Positions 34,747 to 44,495 are shown, numbered from the stretch's first letter. The stretch is 64,000 nt of DNA from Vicinamibacteria bacterium (GCA_965246965.1 CBDFGD010000001.1:12503-76502); one strand, 5' to 3'. Numbers and translations: made by a program. Notes: generated by a model from the letters alone, not told the origin.

Positions 34747-36245
34747 CTAGGAGTCTGCGCGGCAGTAGTTCAGCCCGGGTGTGTCATCGTGCCTTGTGAC
34801 CCGAGAGATCATCTTGCCTGGGTTAAACGGCAGTAGTGGGCTCGCGGACGAGTGCTCGCGAGGGAGGACGGGCGGATCCAAGGCCGGGTGGTGGTCATAC
34901 CCAGACCATCTTCTGATTGAGTCTCCTGAGGTTGAGCGCCAAGCAAACGAGATTCCACTCGGCGCTGGTTTTCTCAAGCCCTCGAAGGCTGAAGGATTGG
35001 AAACCAAGCACAGCCTTGATCCATCCGAATGGCGGTTCGCCGAGTTTGCGCCGCTTGTACCACTTGCGACCACGTTTCGTCTTGAGCTTCGCCTTCATGC
35101 GGAGCGTCGCTTCGAGCTTCGAATTCGACGTTGGTGGAGAGTCTTTCTTTTCTCTCCCCAGGTACGTTCCAAGTGCAGTAGGTTCTTTTCGGAACGGTAG
35201 CCGGCATCGGCCAGGGCACGCTTGGGCTTCTCACCGGTGTTGGCTTGAGCCGTTTTCAGCATCGGCTCGAGCTGACCGACATCCGCAGCGTTGTTGGTCA
35301 ACCCGGTCGCAACGATCAGCTGCGATTTCTCGTCGACGGCGGCTTGGGCATTGAAGCACTGCTGGTAGCCACTCGAATCCTTCATGATGCGGCTTTCGGG
35401 ATCGGTGAAGTTGTCCTGCTTCTTGTCCGGAGGTACGCCAAATCTCCTTTTGAACTTTGGCCCTCGCTTCGATTCCTTGTCATCCCCTGGCCGACGTCCG
35501 GCCTGCTGATCTTCTTCCTTCTGACGGGCCTCCAGACGTGCCTTCGCTGCTTGGATTTTCTTGAGCCGTGAATCTCGGCGCGCCAGCTCTTCTGGCAGTT
35601 CGTCGCCACGAAAATCAGGACCAAACTCGACGTCTTCCGCAGCATCTTCTTGTTTCGCAAGAGCGGTGATAGCCCGAATCTCTCGACGGAGCTGTTTCTC
35701 CGTTTTCTTCATACGCTCGTAGCTCATCGCCTTGTGCTTGCTGGCATTCGCCTTGACCTTCGTTCCATCCAGAATCAACGTCCCAAGCTTGACCAAACCC
35801 ACTTCTTGAGCCAGACGCACGACTTGGACGAATACAGATCGAAACTGGGACAAATGGTCACAACGGAAATCACTGATCGTCCGGTGTGCCGGGAAATTGC
35901 CTCCGCTCAAATAACGGTATGCGACATCCTCTTCCAGCTTCTTCGCGATCCCACGAGACGAAAACGTCCCTGTCGCATAGCCGTAGATCAGAACCTTCAG
36001 CATCATTCGAGGATCGAATCGTCGGTTCCGACGTCCATCGCCCTCGTAGCGCTCGTAGAAAGCACGCACATCCATCGCCTCCACCGTATCCGAGATGAAA
36101 AACGAAAGATGACCCTCCGGAAGCCAGTCTCGTGGATTCGACGGAAACAAACTCGATCGGTCAGGACTGTACGGACGGAAACTCGTTCCCATAACTTCAA
36201 AAACGCTCATTCACCCAATTTCGTTCCTGCCGCGCAGACTCCTAG
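34747..36245 (-). mobile_element. IS1182-family insertion sequence, copy 2 (22-bp internal deletion)
   Basis: It has the same 19-bp inverted repeats as copy 1. Relative to copy 1 it lacks AGCCACGAAACCGTCGATTCCG (copy-1 6241-6262), between 35161 and 35162. Its right end lies 2 bp beyond the stop of the adjacent PLP-enzyme gene. Confidence 0.9.
34895..36210 (-). pseudogene. IS1182-family transposase, frameshifted by the 22-bp deletion
   Basis: ORF 35095..36210 (371 aa) diverges after ...NLLHLERT. The conserved C-terminus (MKAKLKTKRGRKWYKRRKLGEPPFGWIK...) is in ORF 34895..35098. Confidence 0.85.
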
Positions 36246-36247
36246 TG

Positions 36248-37402
36248 CTACTCGAGTGCCTGGCGGACGTCGGCGATCAGATCTCTTTCGCCCTCGATGC
36301 CGCAGCTCAACCGGATCAGATCCTCGTGGATGCCCATGCTCGCGCGATCCTCGGGGGGAACGCTCGCATGTGACGTGGCCGCGGGTCGCGTGACCAGCGA
36401 CTCGACGCCGCCGAGGCTCGGTGCTACATAAGGAATGCGCAGGCGTGAGAGAAAACGCTCGGCAGCCTTCATCCCGCCCGCGAGCCGGAAGCTCAGCATG
36501 CCGCCGAACCCCGAGAGCAGCTCCTTGGCGTGATCGTGATCCGGGTGGGACGGTAGGCCGGGGTAGTGCACCTCGGTGACCGCGGGGTGATCGTCGAGGT
36601 CCCGCGCCAGCGCGAACCCGTTGCGGTTCTGGGCGGCCACCCGCAGTGCGAGGGTCTTGAGTCCGCGCGCCAGCAGGAAACCGGCGTGGGGGTCGAGCGA
36701 GCCGCCGAGGTGGTTCAGCGTATGGCGCACGCGATCCACGTTGTCACGGCTGGCGAGCACGCAACCCGCGACCAGGTCGGAATGCCCGTTGAGGTACTTC
36801 GTGGCGCTGTGGAACGAGTAGTCGAAGCCGGCGGCGAGCGGCCGGAAGTTGATGGGGCTCGCGAACGTGTTGTCGATGACGGTGAAGAAGCCGTGCTCCC
36901 AGGCGAACTGCACGACGTCCCGCAGTGGGGGAACCCGCATCAGCGGATTGGTGATGGTCTCCACGACGATCCCACGCGTCGAGTCCCGCAGGGCGCCCTC
37001 CCACGACTCCGGTCGCTGCGCGTCGACGAACGAGTAGGTCCAGCCCAGCTTCTCCGCGTACTCGCGAATGAACGCGTGGGTGCCCCCGTAGAGGCAGTCG
37101 CCCGCGAGCACGTGATCACCGCTCTTCAACTCGGTCAGCAGAACCGTCGTAACCGCCGCCATTCCCGACGCTGTCGCGACCGCGCTCTCGGCCCCCTCGA
37201 GGGCCGCGAGCTTGTCGTGGAGGTACTCCTGAGACGGCGTGCTGTTGAGCCGCAGGTATTTGATCTCGTCGTACGGCGTCCCCGCTGGCACCTCGTAGAC
37301 CGTCGACTGATAGATCGGAAACACCAGCGACCCGTCCGGACCGGGTCGGCGTTCGCCGCCGTGGACGGCGAGCGTCTCGTTCGAGAGTGCGGTTTCGCCC
37401 AT
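36248..37402 (-). CDS. Cys/Met-metabolism PLP-dependent enzyme (cystathionine gamma-synthase/beta-lyase family)
   Basis: ATG at 37402 follows GGAGG. LAVHGG, YLRLNSTP, and the PLP-lysine block FHSATKYLNGHSD. The upstream part of the 542-aa track ORF is not coding. Confidence 0.9.
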   Translation of the reverse strand: MGETALSNETLAVHGGERRPGPDGSLVFPIYQSTVYEVPAGTPYDEIKYLRLNSTPSQEYLHDKLAALEGAESAVATASGMAAVTTVLLTELKSGDHVLAGDCLYGGTHAFIREYAEKLGWTYSFVDAQRPESWEGALRDSTRGIVVETITNPLMRVPPLRDVVQFAWEHGFFTVIDNTFASPINFRPLAAGFDYSFHSATKYLNGHSDLVAGCVLASRDNVDRVRHTLNHLGGSLDPHAGFLLARGLKTLALRVAAQNRNGFALARDLDDHPAVTEVHYPGLPSHPDHDHAKELLSGFGGMLSFRLAGGMKAAERFLSRLRIPYVAPSLGGVESLVTRPAATSHASVPPEDRASMGIHEDLIRLSCGIEGERDLIADVRQALE

Positions 37403-37512
37403 GCTGATACCTCCGTGAGAGGTCGGCCGCGCGCCGACGCGGCAAGCGTAACCTCTTGCCGATTCGGTCCGGGCTGTTCTCGTATACTTTCCGCGCTCGT
37501 ACTCGAGGGTGC

Positions 37513-37701
37513 ATGGCCAATCCCGGATTGAAGCGTTCCCGTAACAGAGTGCTGGCCGGCGTGTGCGGCGGCCTCGCCGAATGGCTCGGGTGGGATCCCA
37601 CTCTCGTGCGGATTCTTTTCGTGCTGGTTTCTGTACTCTCGGCCGCTTTCCCGGGGCTCCTCGTGTACGTGGTGCTCTGGATAGTGATGCCGAAGCGCTG
37701 A
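37513..37701 (+). CDS. PspC-domain membrane protein
   Basis: LKRSRNRVLAGVCGGLAEWLGWDPTLVRILFVLVSV... is the PspC domain signature. Confidence 0.8.
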   Translation: MANPGLKRSRNRVLAGVCGGLAEWLGWDPTLVRILFVLVSVLSAAFPGLLVYVVLWIVMPKR

Positions 37702-37733
37702 GCCGGTCCCGGGCGGCAGCCCAAGGAGTCGCG

Positions 37734-38954
37734 ATGGTCATCAAACGAGGCATCCGCACCAGCAAGAAGAAAGCGAAGGCCAGGAAGAAAGCGCCGTCCA
37801 AAGCCGCCTCCTCACCCAAGCGGGCGGTGCGGCGGTCGGCCGCGTCCGGGCCGATCCGACGCATCGCCATCTGCACCGGCGGAGGTGACGCGCCGGGCCT
37901 GAACGCCGTGATCAGGGCCGCGGTGCTCGGGGCCTATAACCAGGGCTGGGAGGTCGTCGGGATTCGCGACGGCTATCTGGGACTTCTCGAACCGAGGAGC
38001 TACCCGGAGGGGGGAACGATCCGCCTGATACCCGAGAGCGTGCGGGGCATCACCCACCTCGGCGGGACGATCCTCGGCTCGACGAACAAGGGCAATCCGC
38101 TCGACTACCCGATTCCGCGCGCCGACGGGACGGTTGGCTCGGTAGACCGCGGCGACGAGCTGATCGGGCGCTTCAAGGCCCTGGGCATCGACGCGCTGAT
38201 CTCGATCGGCGGCGATGGCTCTCTGACGATCGCCAACGAGCTCGCGCGCCGGGGCGTGCGAGTCGTCGGCGTGCCGAAGACGATCGACAACGACTTGGAC
38301 AAGACCGTGATGACTTTCGGCTTCGACTCGGCGGTGAATTTCGCCACAGGGTGCATCGATCGCCTGCACTCCACGGCCGAAGCGCACCGGCGCATCATGG
38401 TGGTCGAGGTCATGGGGCGCTACGCGGGCTGGATTGCCCTCAACTCGGGTATCGCCGGCGCCGCCGACGCCATCCTCATCCCCGAGGTCCCGTACGACAT
38501 CGACAACGTCGCTCGCTGGCTGCGCAAGCGGCGTATCGGCGAAGGACGCAATCACTGCATCGTCGTCGTCGCCGAGGGAGCCGCTCCGAAGCAGGGGCGG
38601 CGCAGCATTCTCCGGGGGAGCGAGATCGGCCAGGCCGAGCGTCTGGGCGGCGTGGGAGAGAAGGTCACCCGCGACCTGCAGAGCCTCACGGGGCAGGACA
38701 CGCGTCATGTGGTGCTCGGCCACCTGCTGCGCGGCGGTTCGCCGACCGCGTTCGACCGCCTCGTATCGCTGCGCTTCGGCGCGGCCGCGATCCGCTGCCT
38801 CGCCGCGGGCCAGCACGGCGTGATGGTCGCGCTCGATCCGCCGACGGTGCGTCACGTCCCGCTCGCCGAGGCGACGAGTCGGATGAAGCTCGTGAAGCTC
38901 GACAGCGATACCGTGATGACCGCTCGCGATCTGGGCGTCTGCCTGGGCGACTGA
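37734..38954 (+). CDS. pfkA: 6-phosphofructokinase with a Lys/Ala-rich N-terminal extension
   Basis: AAGGAG lies before the ATG at 37734. RIAICTGGGDAPGLNAVIRA, GIPKTIDNDL-like VGVPKTIDNDLD, MGRYAGWIAL. The first ~45 aa read IRTSKKKAKARKKAPSKAASSPKR. Confidence 0.85.
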   Translation: MVIKRGIRTSKKKAKARKKAPSKAASSPKRAVRRSAASGPIRRIAICTGGGDAPGLNAVIRAAVLGAYNQGWEVVGIRDGYLGLLEPRSYPEGGTIRLIPESVRGITHLGGTILGSTNKGNPLDYPIPRADGTVGSVDRGDELIGRFKALGIDALISIGGDGSLTIANELARRGVRVVGVPKTIDNDLDKTVMTFGFDSAVNFATGCIDRLHSTAEAHRRIMVVEVMGRYAGWIALNSGIAGAADAILIPEVPYDIDNVARWLRKRRIGEGRNHCIVVVAEGAAPKQGRRSILRGSEIGQAERLGGVGEKVTRDLQSLTGQDTRHVVLGHLLRGGSPTAFDRLVSLRFGAAAIRCLAAGQHGVMVALDPPTVRHVPLAEATSRMKLVKLDSDTVMTARDLGVCLGD

Positions 38955-39095
38955 CCGCGTGGGGGGTCGACTTGGCCCGGCACGACCCACGGCGGCTGGA
39001 GCCAGGCGCCGGCTTGGGGATCTCGCCGATCAGCGGGTGGGCGGCAGGCGCAGAGCTACTTCAAGACCGGCCCCGGAGAGTACGGCCACGGAGAT

Positions 39096-39689
39096 GTGTT
39101 CCGGGGCCTGCGGGCGAAGGACATGCATCGCACGTCGCGCGAGTTCGTAGAGCTGCCGCTGGCCGAGGCGAGCAAGCTCCTCGACTCGAAGTTCCACGAG
39201 GATCGGGCGTTGGCGCTGCTCGTCCTAGTACGGCGCTTCGAACGGGGAAGCCAGTCTGAAAAGCGTCTCATCTACGAGCTGTACGTTCGAAAGCTCGCCC
39301 GCGTCAACAACTGGGACCTCGTCGATTCGAGCGCCCACCACATCGTGGGTGGGTGGCTCGCCGATCGGAGCCGCGCGCCGCTGACCACCTGGGCGATGTC
39401 CGAAGTGCTGTGGGAGCGGCGCGTCGCGATCATCGCCACGTTTCACTACATTCGCGCCGGCGGGTTCGCTACGACGCTGCAGATTGCCAGGCTGCTGCTG
39501 AAGGACCCCGAGGACCTGATCCACAAGGCCGTCGGCTGGATGCTACGCGAGGTCGGCAACCGCGATCGGAACGTAGCCGAGCGCTTCCTGAAGCGCCACT
39601 ACGAGCAGATGCCTCGCACGATGTTGCGCTACGCCATCGAGCGATTTCCCGAGAGGCGGCGCCGCGCATACATCGAAGGCACCGTCTAG
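39096..39689 (+). CDS. DNA alkylation repair protein (AlkD/AlkC-like HEAT-repeat family); the N-terminus is probably frameshifted
   Basis: SYFKTGPGEYGHGDVFRGL... is in frame upstream of 39096. WDLVDSSA and HKAVGWMLREVG blocks. A likely true N-terminus (GTG at 38959, ...RRRLGDLADQRVGG) is in another frame and joins at about 39040-39050. Confidence 0.8.
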   Translation: MFRGLRAKDMHRTSREFVELPLAEASKLLDSKFHEDRALALLVLVRRFERGSQSEKRLIYELYVRKLARVNNWDLVDSSAHHIVGGWLADRSRAPLTTWAMSEVLWERRVAIIATFHYIRAGGFATTLQIARLLLKDPEDLIHKAVGWMLREVGNRDRNVAERFLKRHYEQMPRTMLRYAIERFPERRRRAYIEGTV

Positions 39690-40234
39690 CCGTTCGCGCG
39701 GTCGAGCGGCAGCTCCGCTTGCCAGGAGACCGGCTTGCCGCGATGTCGCGCCGACTCGTGCGTGAGCAACCAACGCTTGCGGTCGAGCCCGCCTCCGTAG
39801 CCGCCCAGCCCGCCGCCCGTGTTGATGACGCGATGGCACGGGATGACGATGGAAATGGGGTTGGAACCGTTCGCGGTTCCGACGGCGCGCACAGCGTCGG
39901 GCGATCGAACGGCTCGCGCCAACTGGGCGTACGAGCGCGTCTCGCCTGCCGGGATTCGCTGCAGCTCACGCCACACCTTCATCTGGAAGGGAGTGCCGCG
40001 CGGATCGACCGCGAGTCGATCGATTGCGGAGAGATTGCCGGCGAAGTACGCCTGCAGCGCCTTGACGAAGGGCTCCGGTACTCCGCCGGGCTCGATCGCG
40101 GCGTCTGGATGATGGCGCTTCAGATGCTCGAGGACGCGGTCGGAGCGGTCGTCGAATGCGACGCCACACAGGAGCTTGCCGCTGGTAAAGAGCGCCAGGC
40201 CGCCGAACGGCGCCCGAAATCGAGTCGTTTGCAT
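39686..40234 (-). CDS. ogt: methylated-DNA--protein-cysteine methyltransferase
   Basis: Active-site IVIPCHRV. ...YAQLARAVRSPDAVRAVGTANGSNPI. Confidence 0.9.
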   Translation of the reverse strand: MQTTRFRAPFGGLALFTSGKLLCGVAFDDRSDRVLEHLKRHHPDAAIEPGGVPEPFVKALQAYFAGNLSAIDRLAVDPRGTPFQMKVWRELQRIPAGETRSYAQLARAVRSPDAVRAVGTANGSNPISIVIPCHRVINTGGGLGGYGGGLDRKRWLLTHESARHRGKPVSWQAELPLDRANG

Positions 40235-40237
40235 CTG

Positions 40238-41717
40238 CTACTCCTTCTTCTCGTGGATGGGTCGACGCCAGAGCGCCATTAGAGCGTACGCCCGCCAGGG
40301 GCGCCACGCTTCTGCCCGCCGTGTCACTTCTCGGACGCTCGGCAACTCGGTGCCGTCGGCGAGCGCGCGGCGCACGCCCAGATCGCTGGCCGGGAATGCG
40401 TCCGGCTCGCCAAGGGCGCGCATCGCAACGTAGTGCGCCGTCCAGGGCCCGATTCCCGCAAGCTCCGTGAACTCCTCGACCCAGGTGTCGAGGCCGCTCC
40501 TTCCGTCGAGCACGAGCGTTCCATCGGCGATTCGCCGAGCGACACCTCGAAGACAATCGGCCCGCGCCCGCGTCAGGCCCACGCTTTCGAGGTCGGCGTC
40601 GACGAGTCGGCCGGCAGCCGGAAAGACGTGTGTGATTCCGTTTCCTGAGGGCGCTTCGAGCTCCACGCCGTAGCGGGCTGCAACGCGGCCGGCAATCGTG
40701 CGCGCGCCCGCCACCGAGATCTGCTGACCGAGCACGGCGCGCACGACCATCTCGAAGCGGTCGAAAGCTCCCGGCACTCTGACGCCTCGGGCGGAGCCGA
40801 GCGAAGCGCGCAGCGTCGGATCGCGTCGCAAGTGACTCCAGATCGGCAGGGGGTCCGCATGGAGGTCGAACAGGCGGGCGACGTTCTCGACGACGCCGAT
40901 GAGATCGGGACCGGTCTCGTCGGGGACACTCAGCTCGAGTGCCCGTGCGTCCCACGCTCAGCACGCCGACGAAACCGTCCGCGCGGAAGGAACGCGCGTA
41001 CCGGTCTCGATCCACACGCTCGACACCTTCGATCGCGCGCTTGCCGAGAAACTCGAGCAATCCGGGCCAATCGATGGGGGGCCGGAACGGAATGCGAAGA
41101 ACCATTGCGCCACCGCGCGAGGCCGAATGCGTCTTGTGGCGCAGCTCGCGCGGTGAGGCGTCGAACGTCTCGCGCATCGTCGTGTTGAACGCGCGGATGC
41201 TCTGGAAGCCTGAGCCGAGCGCGATCTGCGACAGCGAGAGCTGCGTCTCGTCGATCAGGCGCCGCGCGAAATGGGCGCGTCGCGTTCGCGCCACCGCGAG
41301 CGGGCCGGCTCCCAGATGGCGCACGAACAAACGCCGGAGATGGCGCGAGCCTACGCCGAGCCGCTCCGCGAGATCGTCGACGCCGGCTCCGTCGAGACCG
41401 CCGTCGCCGATCAGCCGAAGCGCCCGCGAGACGGTCGAGGAGGTGCCGCCCCAGGCCGGCGTACCCGGCGCCGTCTCCGGTCGGCAGCGGCGACACGCCC
41501 TGAATCCCGCCTCCTCCGCTGCGGCGGCGCAAGCGTAGAAATGGGTGTTCTGGCGTTTCGGCAGCCGGGCCGGACAGCCCGGACGGCAGTAGACGCCGGT
41601 CGTCTTCACTCCGATCACGAAACGCCCCTCGAAGCGGCGGTCGCGACTGGCCAGCGCCCGGTAGCAGCTTGCGTCGTCCAGGTTCACAGTGAAGTTATAC
41701 GCACGAAGCGGGCGCAA
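40238..41717 (-). pseudogene. Ada N-terminal (Zn/AraC HTH) - AlkA DNA-3-methyladenine glycosylase II fusion, frameshifted
   Basis: The N-terminal part reads RDRRFEGRFVIGVKTTGVYCRPGCPAR...CRRCRP, then the AraC HTH (SLSQIALGSGFQSIRAFNTTMRE). After ...GVLSV the conserved frame changes at about 40935-40955 to LELSVPDETGPDLIGVVENVARLFDLHADP..., which continues into ORF 40238..40831 (HhH-GPD: GQQISVAGARTIAGR..., GIGPWTAHYVAMR). Confidence 0.8.
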
Positions 41718-41767
41718 TACTGGCTGTTTTCGGACCTCGCATCCCTACTCCCAAACCACGCCGATGC

Positions 41768-41812
41768 ACGGCAGCCACAGAGACACGGAGACACGGAGAC
41801 ACGAGGAACGGC
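41768..41812 (-). repeat. repeat-tail fragment (copy F) with CGTGTCTC x3
   Basis: The reverse complement CCGTTCCTCGTGTCTCCGTGTCTCCGTGTCTCTGTGGCTGCCGT resembles the tails of copies A and C. Confidence 0.5.
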
Positions 41813-41956
41813 TGGCTCCGATCGCTCGTGATCCCGATCGTGGTCAGGTTGCTGGCCTGAAGTGACGCCGACCGCTCGCCGTAGAAGCCAGCGCCCTCTG
41901 GCTCAGGAATTCCGAGCGTCTATAATCGAAAGATACTCGAACTAAGGAGTCCGTCA

Positions 41957-42835
41957 ATGAAGCGAGTCTTCCTCTTCCTCGTAGTCAACGTCGCCGTGAT
42001 CATGATGATCTCGGTCCTCATGGCGCTCTTCGGAGTCAATCCCGGAACCATGAGCGGTCTCGTGATCATGTGCACGATGTTTGGAATGGGTGGTGCGTTT
42101 ATCTCGCTGCAGATCTCGCGATGGACTGCGAAGCGCGCCATGGGCGTGCAGCTGATCGACCCGGCCCGGCCGGGGAGCCACGCCGCTGCCGCGCTCGTCG
42201 AGCGGGTTCAGGGGCTCTCGACCCGCGCGGGGCTCCCCGTGCTGCCGGAGATCGGTGTCTACGACAGCCCCGAGGTCAATGCGTTCGCCACCGGGCCGAG
42301 CAAGAGCAAGTCGCTGCTCGCCGTTTCCACGGGCCTGCTGCAGAAAATGGACGACCGGGCCGTCGAGGGCGTCCTCGGTCACGAGATCTCACACATCGCG
42401 AACGGCGACATGGTCACGATGACGCTGATCCAGGGCGTCGTGAACACGTTCGTGATGGTCACCGCCCGCATCGTGGCGATGGTGATCGACAACTTCCTAC
42501 GCGGCGATGACGACGGGCCGGGGTTGGGCTTCTTCGGCTACCTCATGGTCCTCTGGATCGTCGAGCCGATCCTGTTCCTGATGGCGTCCCCGATCATTCA
42601 CGCGTTTTCGCGTCAGAGGGAGTACCGGGCGGACGCCGGCTCGGCGCAGCTCGCCGGTCGCGAGACGATGATCCACGCCCTCCAGTCGCTCCAGGCCAAC
42701 CTCGGGCCGGTCGACAAGCGGGGCGATGCGATCGCCACGCTCAAGATCAGCGGCGAGGGCTCCGGCCTCTTCGCGAAGCTGTACGCGAGCCACCCGCCCA
42801 TCCCGGATCGCATCCGAGCCCTCTCAGACGTCTGA
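41957..42835 (+). CDS. htpX: zinc metalloprotease HtpX (M48 family)
   Basis: AAGGAG lies upstream. HEISHIANGDM zinc motif. N-terminal TM segments. EYRADAGSA block. Confidence 0.9.
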   Translation: MKRVFLFLVVNVAVIMMISVLMALFGVNPGTMSGLVIMCTMFGMGGAFISLQISRWTAKRAMGVQLIDPARPGSHAAAALVERVQGLSTRAGLPVLPEIGVYDSPEVNAFATGPSKSKSLLAVSTGLLQKMDDRAVEGVLGHEISHIANGDMVTMTLIQGVVNTFVMVTARIVAMVIDNFLRGDDDGPGLGFFGYLMVLWIVEPILFLMASPIIHAFSRQREYRADAGSAQLAGRETMIHALQSLQANLGPVDKRGDAIATLKISGEGSGLFAKLYASHPPIPDRIRALSDV

Positions 42836-42872
42836 TCCACCGGCGCCCGCCGGCCCGCCAGAGTCACGGGGC

Positions 42873-44495
42873 GTGAGGCGACTGCGCGGTCCGTTGCTCG
42901 CCGGCGTCCTGTCGGCGCTGGCGCTCGCCGCTCAGCTCCAGCTGAACGGCGAGGAAATCCGCTCGCGCACGCGCTTCGACCTTCCCGGGTTCGACGCACA
43001 CGTCTACATGGTGATGGCCGAGCAGCCCGCCTTCTTCAGCGTGGCGCCGTGGGGGTATCGGGTGTCCGTGCCCTGGCTCGTGTCGCAGCTCCCGGTCAAC
43101 AGCGTCATGCAGGGCTTTCGGCGCCTCAACCTCGCGGCCTTCGGCCTGGCCGGAATCCTGTTGTTCCTCTGGCTTCGCAGCGTCGGCCGCGGCGAGGTCG
43201 CGAGCCTCGTCGCGACAGCCGCGCTGGGCCTGCTGCCCCCGGTTGCGGAGTGCCTCACGAGCGTGGCACTCGTCGATCCGGTGGCGCTCGTGCTCGTGCT
43301 GGCGTTCGCCGTCTCCGTCGAGCGCCGAGCGCCGCTCGTCTGGTTGAGCGCCCTCGCGGCCTGCCTGGCTCTGACCAAAGAGATCTGGCCCTCGCTCGTC
43401 CCGCTCGTGGCACTGCGGCGGACCGGTCCGTGGCGAAAACGCGTGCTCGATGCCGCGCTCGTCGCGCTGCCTGCCGGGCTCGTCGGCCTGATGCTTCGGC
43501 GGACCTGGACGCCCCACATCGAGGTGCCGCGCGCCGAGGTCGATCTCGCCGCGCTCGTCGAATGGCTCGACGTGCTCGCCACCGACGCCGAAGTGATCGT
43601 CGCGGGCTTCCTGCTCGGCGGCATCACCGTCGTTGCCGCAGCCGGCCTGGCGACGCCGCGCGGGCGCCAGCTCGCCGCCCGCTACGGCTATCTGATCGCG
43701 CTCGCGTTTGCTGCGCCGCTCCTCGCGTGGGTGAATCTTCCGAGCAGTACCCCATCGCCCCACGTCGGAGCCAACGTCCCGAGACTCGTCCTCTACGCCG
43801 CACCCTGGCTGCTCGGCCTCGCGTTGTGCGCTGCGGATCTCTTCCGCAAGCCCGTGGAGCCGGGTGCGGTCGCCGCGATGGATTCGCGCGCCTGGCAGCT
43901 CGTCGGCGCGGCCGCGTTGGCGATGGCCCTGATGTTTCCGCTCACGCTGGACGCGTATCGCCGCGAGCCGCTCCACGAACGCCGGGACGGGCCGTTCGTA
44001 GCGACGTTCATCCGGGAGAGTCTGCGGACGGCGCGACAGCTCGGGGCCGGAAGGGTCGTCGAGTGGGATCTCGAGAGGCTCGGCTTCCAGTGGGGAGTTG
44101 ACGATCCCGGAGACGCTCGTCGCATGCGCTGGTTTCTACGGGAGGGGTGGGGGATCCGCCCTCACTATGGGCACGGGTCCCCGCGCATGCGGAGAGAAGC
44201 GGCGGTATTGATCGTGCCGGTCTTCGACCCCGCTGCGATCCAGGTCGATCTCCGATTGCGCGTGGGGACGCGAAGCCGGGTTCGCCTGAGTGTCAACGGG
44301 ACGCCTCTCGAGAGCCGGGACGTCGCCCCCGACCTGGCCGACGCGACCTGGATGTTGCCCGCCGCGCAGTTGTATCGAGGTGACAACCGTATCGGAGTGC
44401 TCCGCGAGGCGGGCGGACCAGGAGGCCCTTCGCTGGAGCACGTCCGGCTGAGCCTCGCTGGTACTACCGGCTCCCGGTCAACGCCCGGTCGCTAG
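42873..44495 (+). CDS. hypothetical polytopic membrane protein (glycosyltransferase-C-like topology?)
   Basis: GTG at 42873. About 10 hydrophobic segments are followed by a soluble ~180-aa C-terminal domain. No family is recognised and the start is uncertain. Confidence 0.6.
   Translation: MRRLRGPLLAGVLSALALAAQLQLNGEEIRSRTRFDLPGFDAHVYMVMAEQPAFFSVAPWGYRVSVPWLVSQLPVNSVMQGFRRLNLAAFGLAGILLFLWLRSVGRGEVASLVATAALGLLPPVAECLTSVALVDPVALVLVLAFAVSVERRAPLVWLSALAACLALTKEIWPSLVPLVALRRTGPWRKRVLDAALVALPAGLVGLMLRRTWTPHIEVPRAEVDLAALVEWLDVLATDAEVIVAGFLLGGITVVAAAGLATPRGRQLAARYGYLIALAFAAPLLAWVNLPSSTPSPHVGANVPRLVLYAAPWLLGLALCAADLFRKPVEPGAVAAMDSRAWQLVGAAALAMALMFPLTLDAYRREPLHERRDGPFVATFIRESLRTARQLGAGRVVEWDLERLGFQWGVDDPGDARRMRWFLREGWGIRPHYGHGSPRMRREAAVLIVPVFDPAAIQVDLRLRVGTRSRVRLSVNGTPLESRDVAPDLADATWMLPAAQLYRGDNRIGVLREAGGPGGPSLEHVRLSLAGTTGSRSTPGR

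Noticed and set aside
37403-37512. SAM riboswitch in the leader of the Cys/Met PLP-enzyme gene
   Set aside because: Two hairpins are present (CGGCAAG...CTTGCCG and GTCGGC...GCCGAC). I cannot recognise the SAM-I, SAM-II or SAM-SAH conserved cores, and the region is also a divergent promoter. An Rfam scan would settle it.
41718-41760. Ada-box operator upstream of the Ada-AlkA fusion
   Set aside because: The sequence AAAACAGCCAGTATTGCGC only loosely resembles AAT(N6)GCAA/AAAGCGCA. The true start codon (TTG at 41717 or GTG at 41687) is uncertain, so the spacing cannot be judged.
41768-41812. CRISPR-like or tandem array (CGTGTCTC x3)
   Set aside because: It consists of only three 8-bp units with no spacers. 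It matches the tail of the dispersed repeat family, so it is a slippage variant of that element.
41921-41926. TATAAT -10 box 31 nt upstream of the htpX start codon
   Set aside because: The hexamer is perfect, but I find no convincing -35 box or sigma-32-type CTTGAA/CCCCAT pair. A single hexamer in 64 kb is not enough evidence to annotate a promoter.
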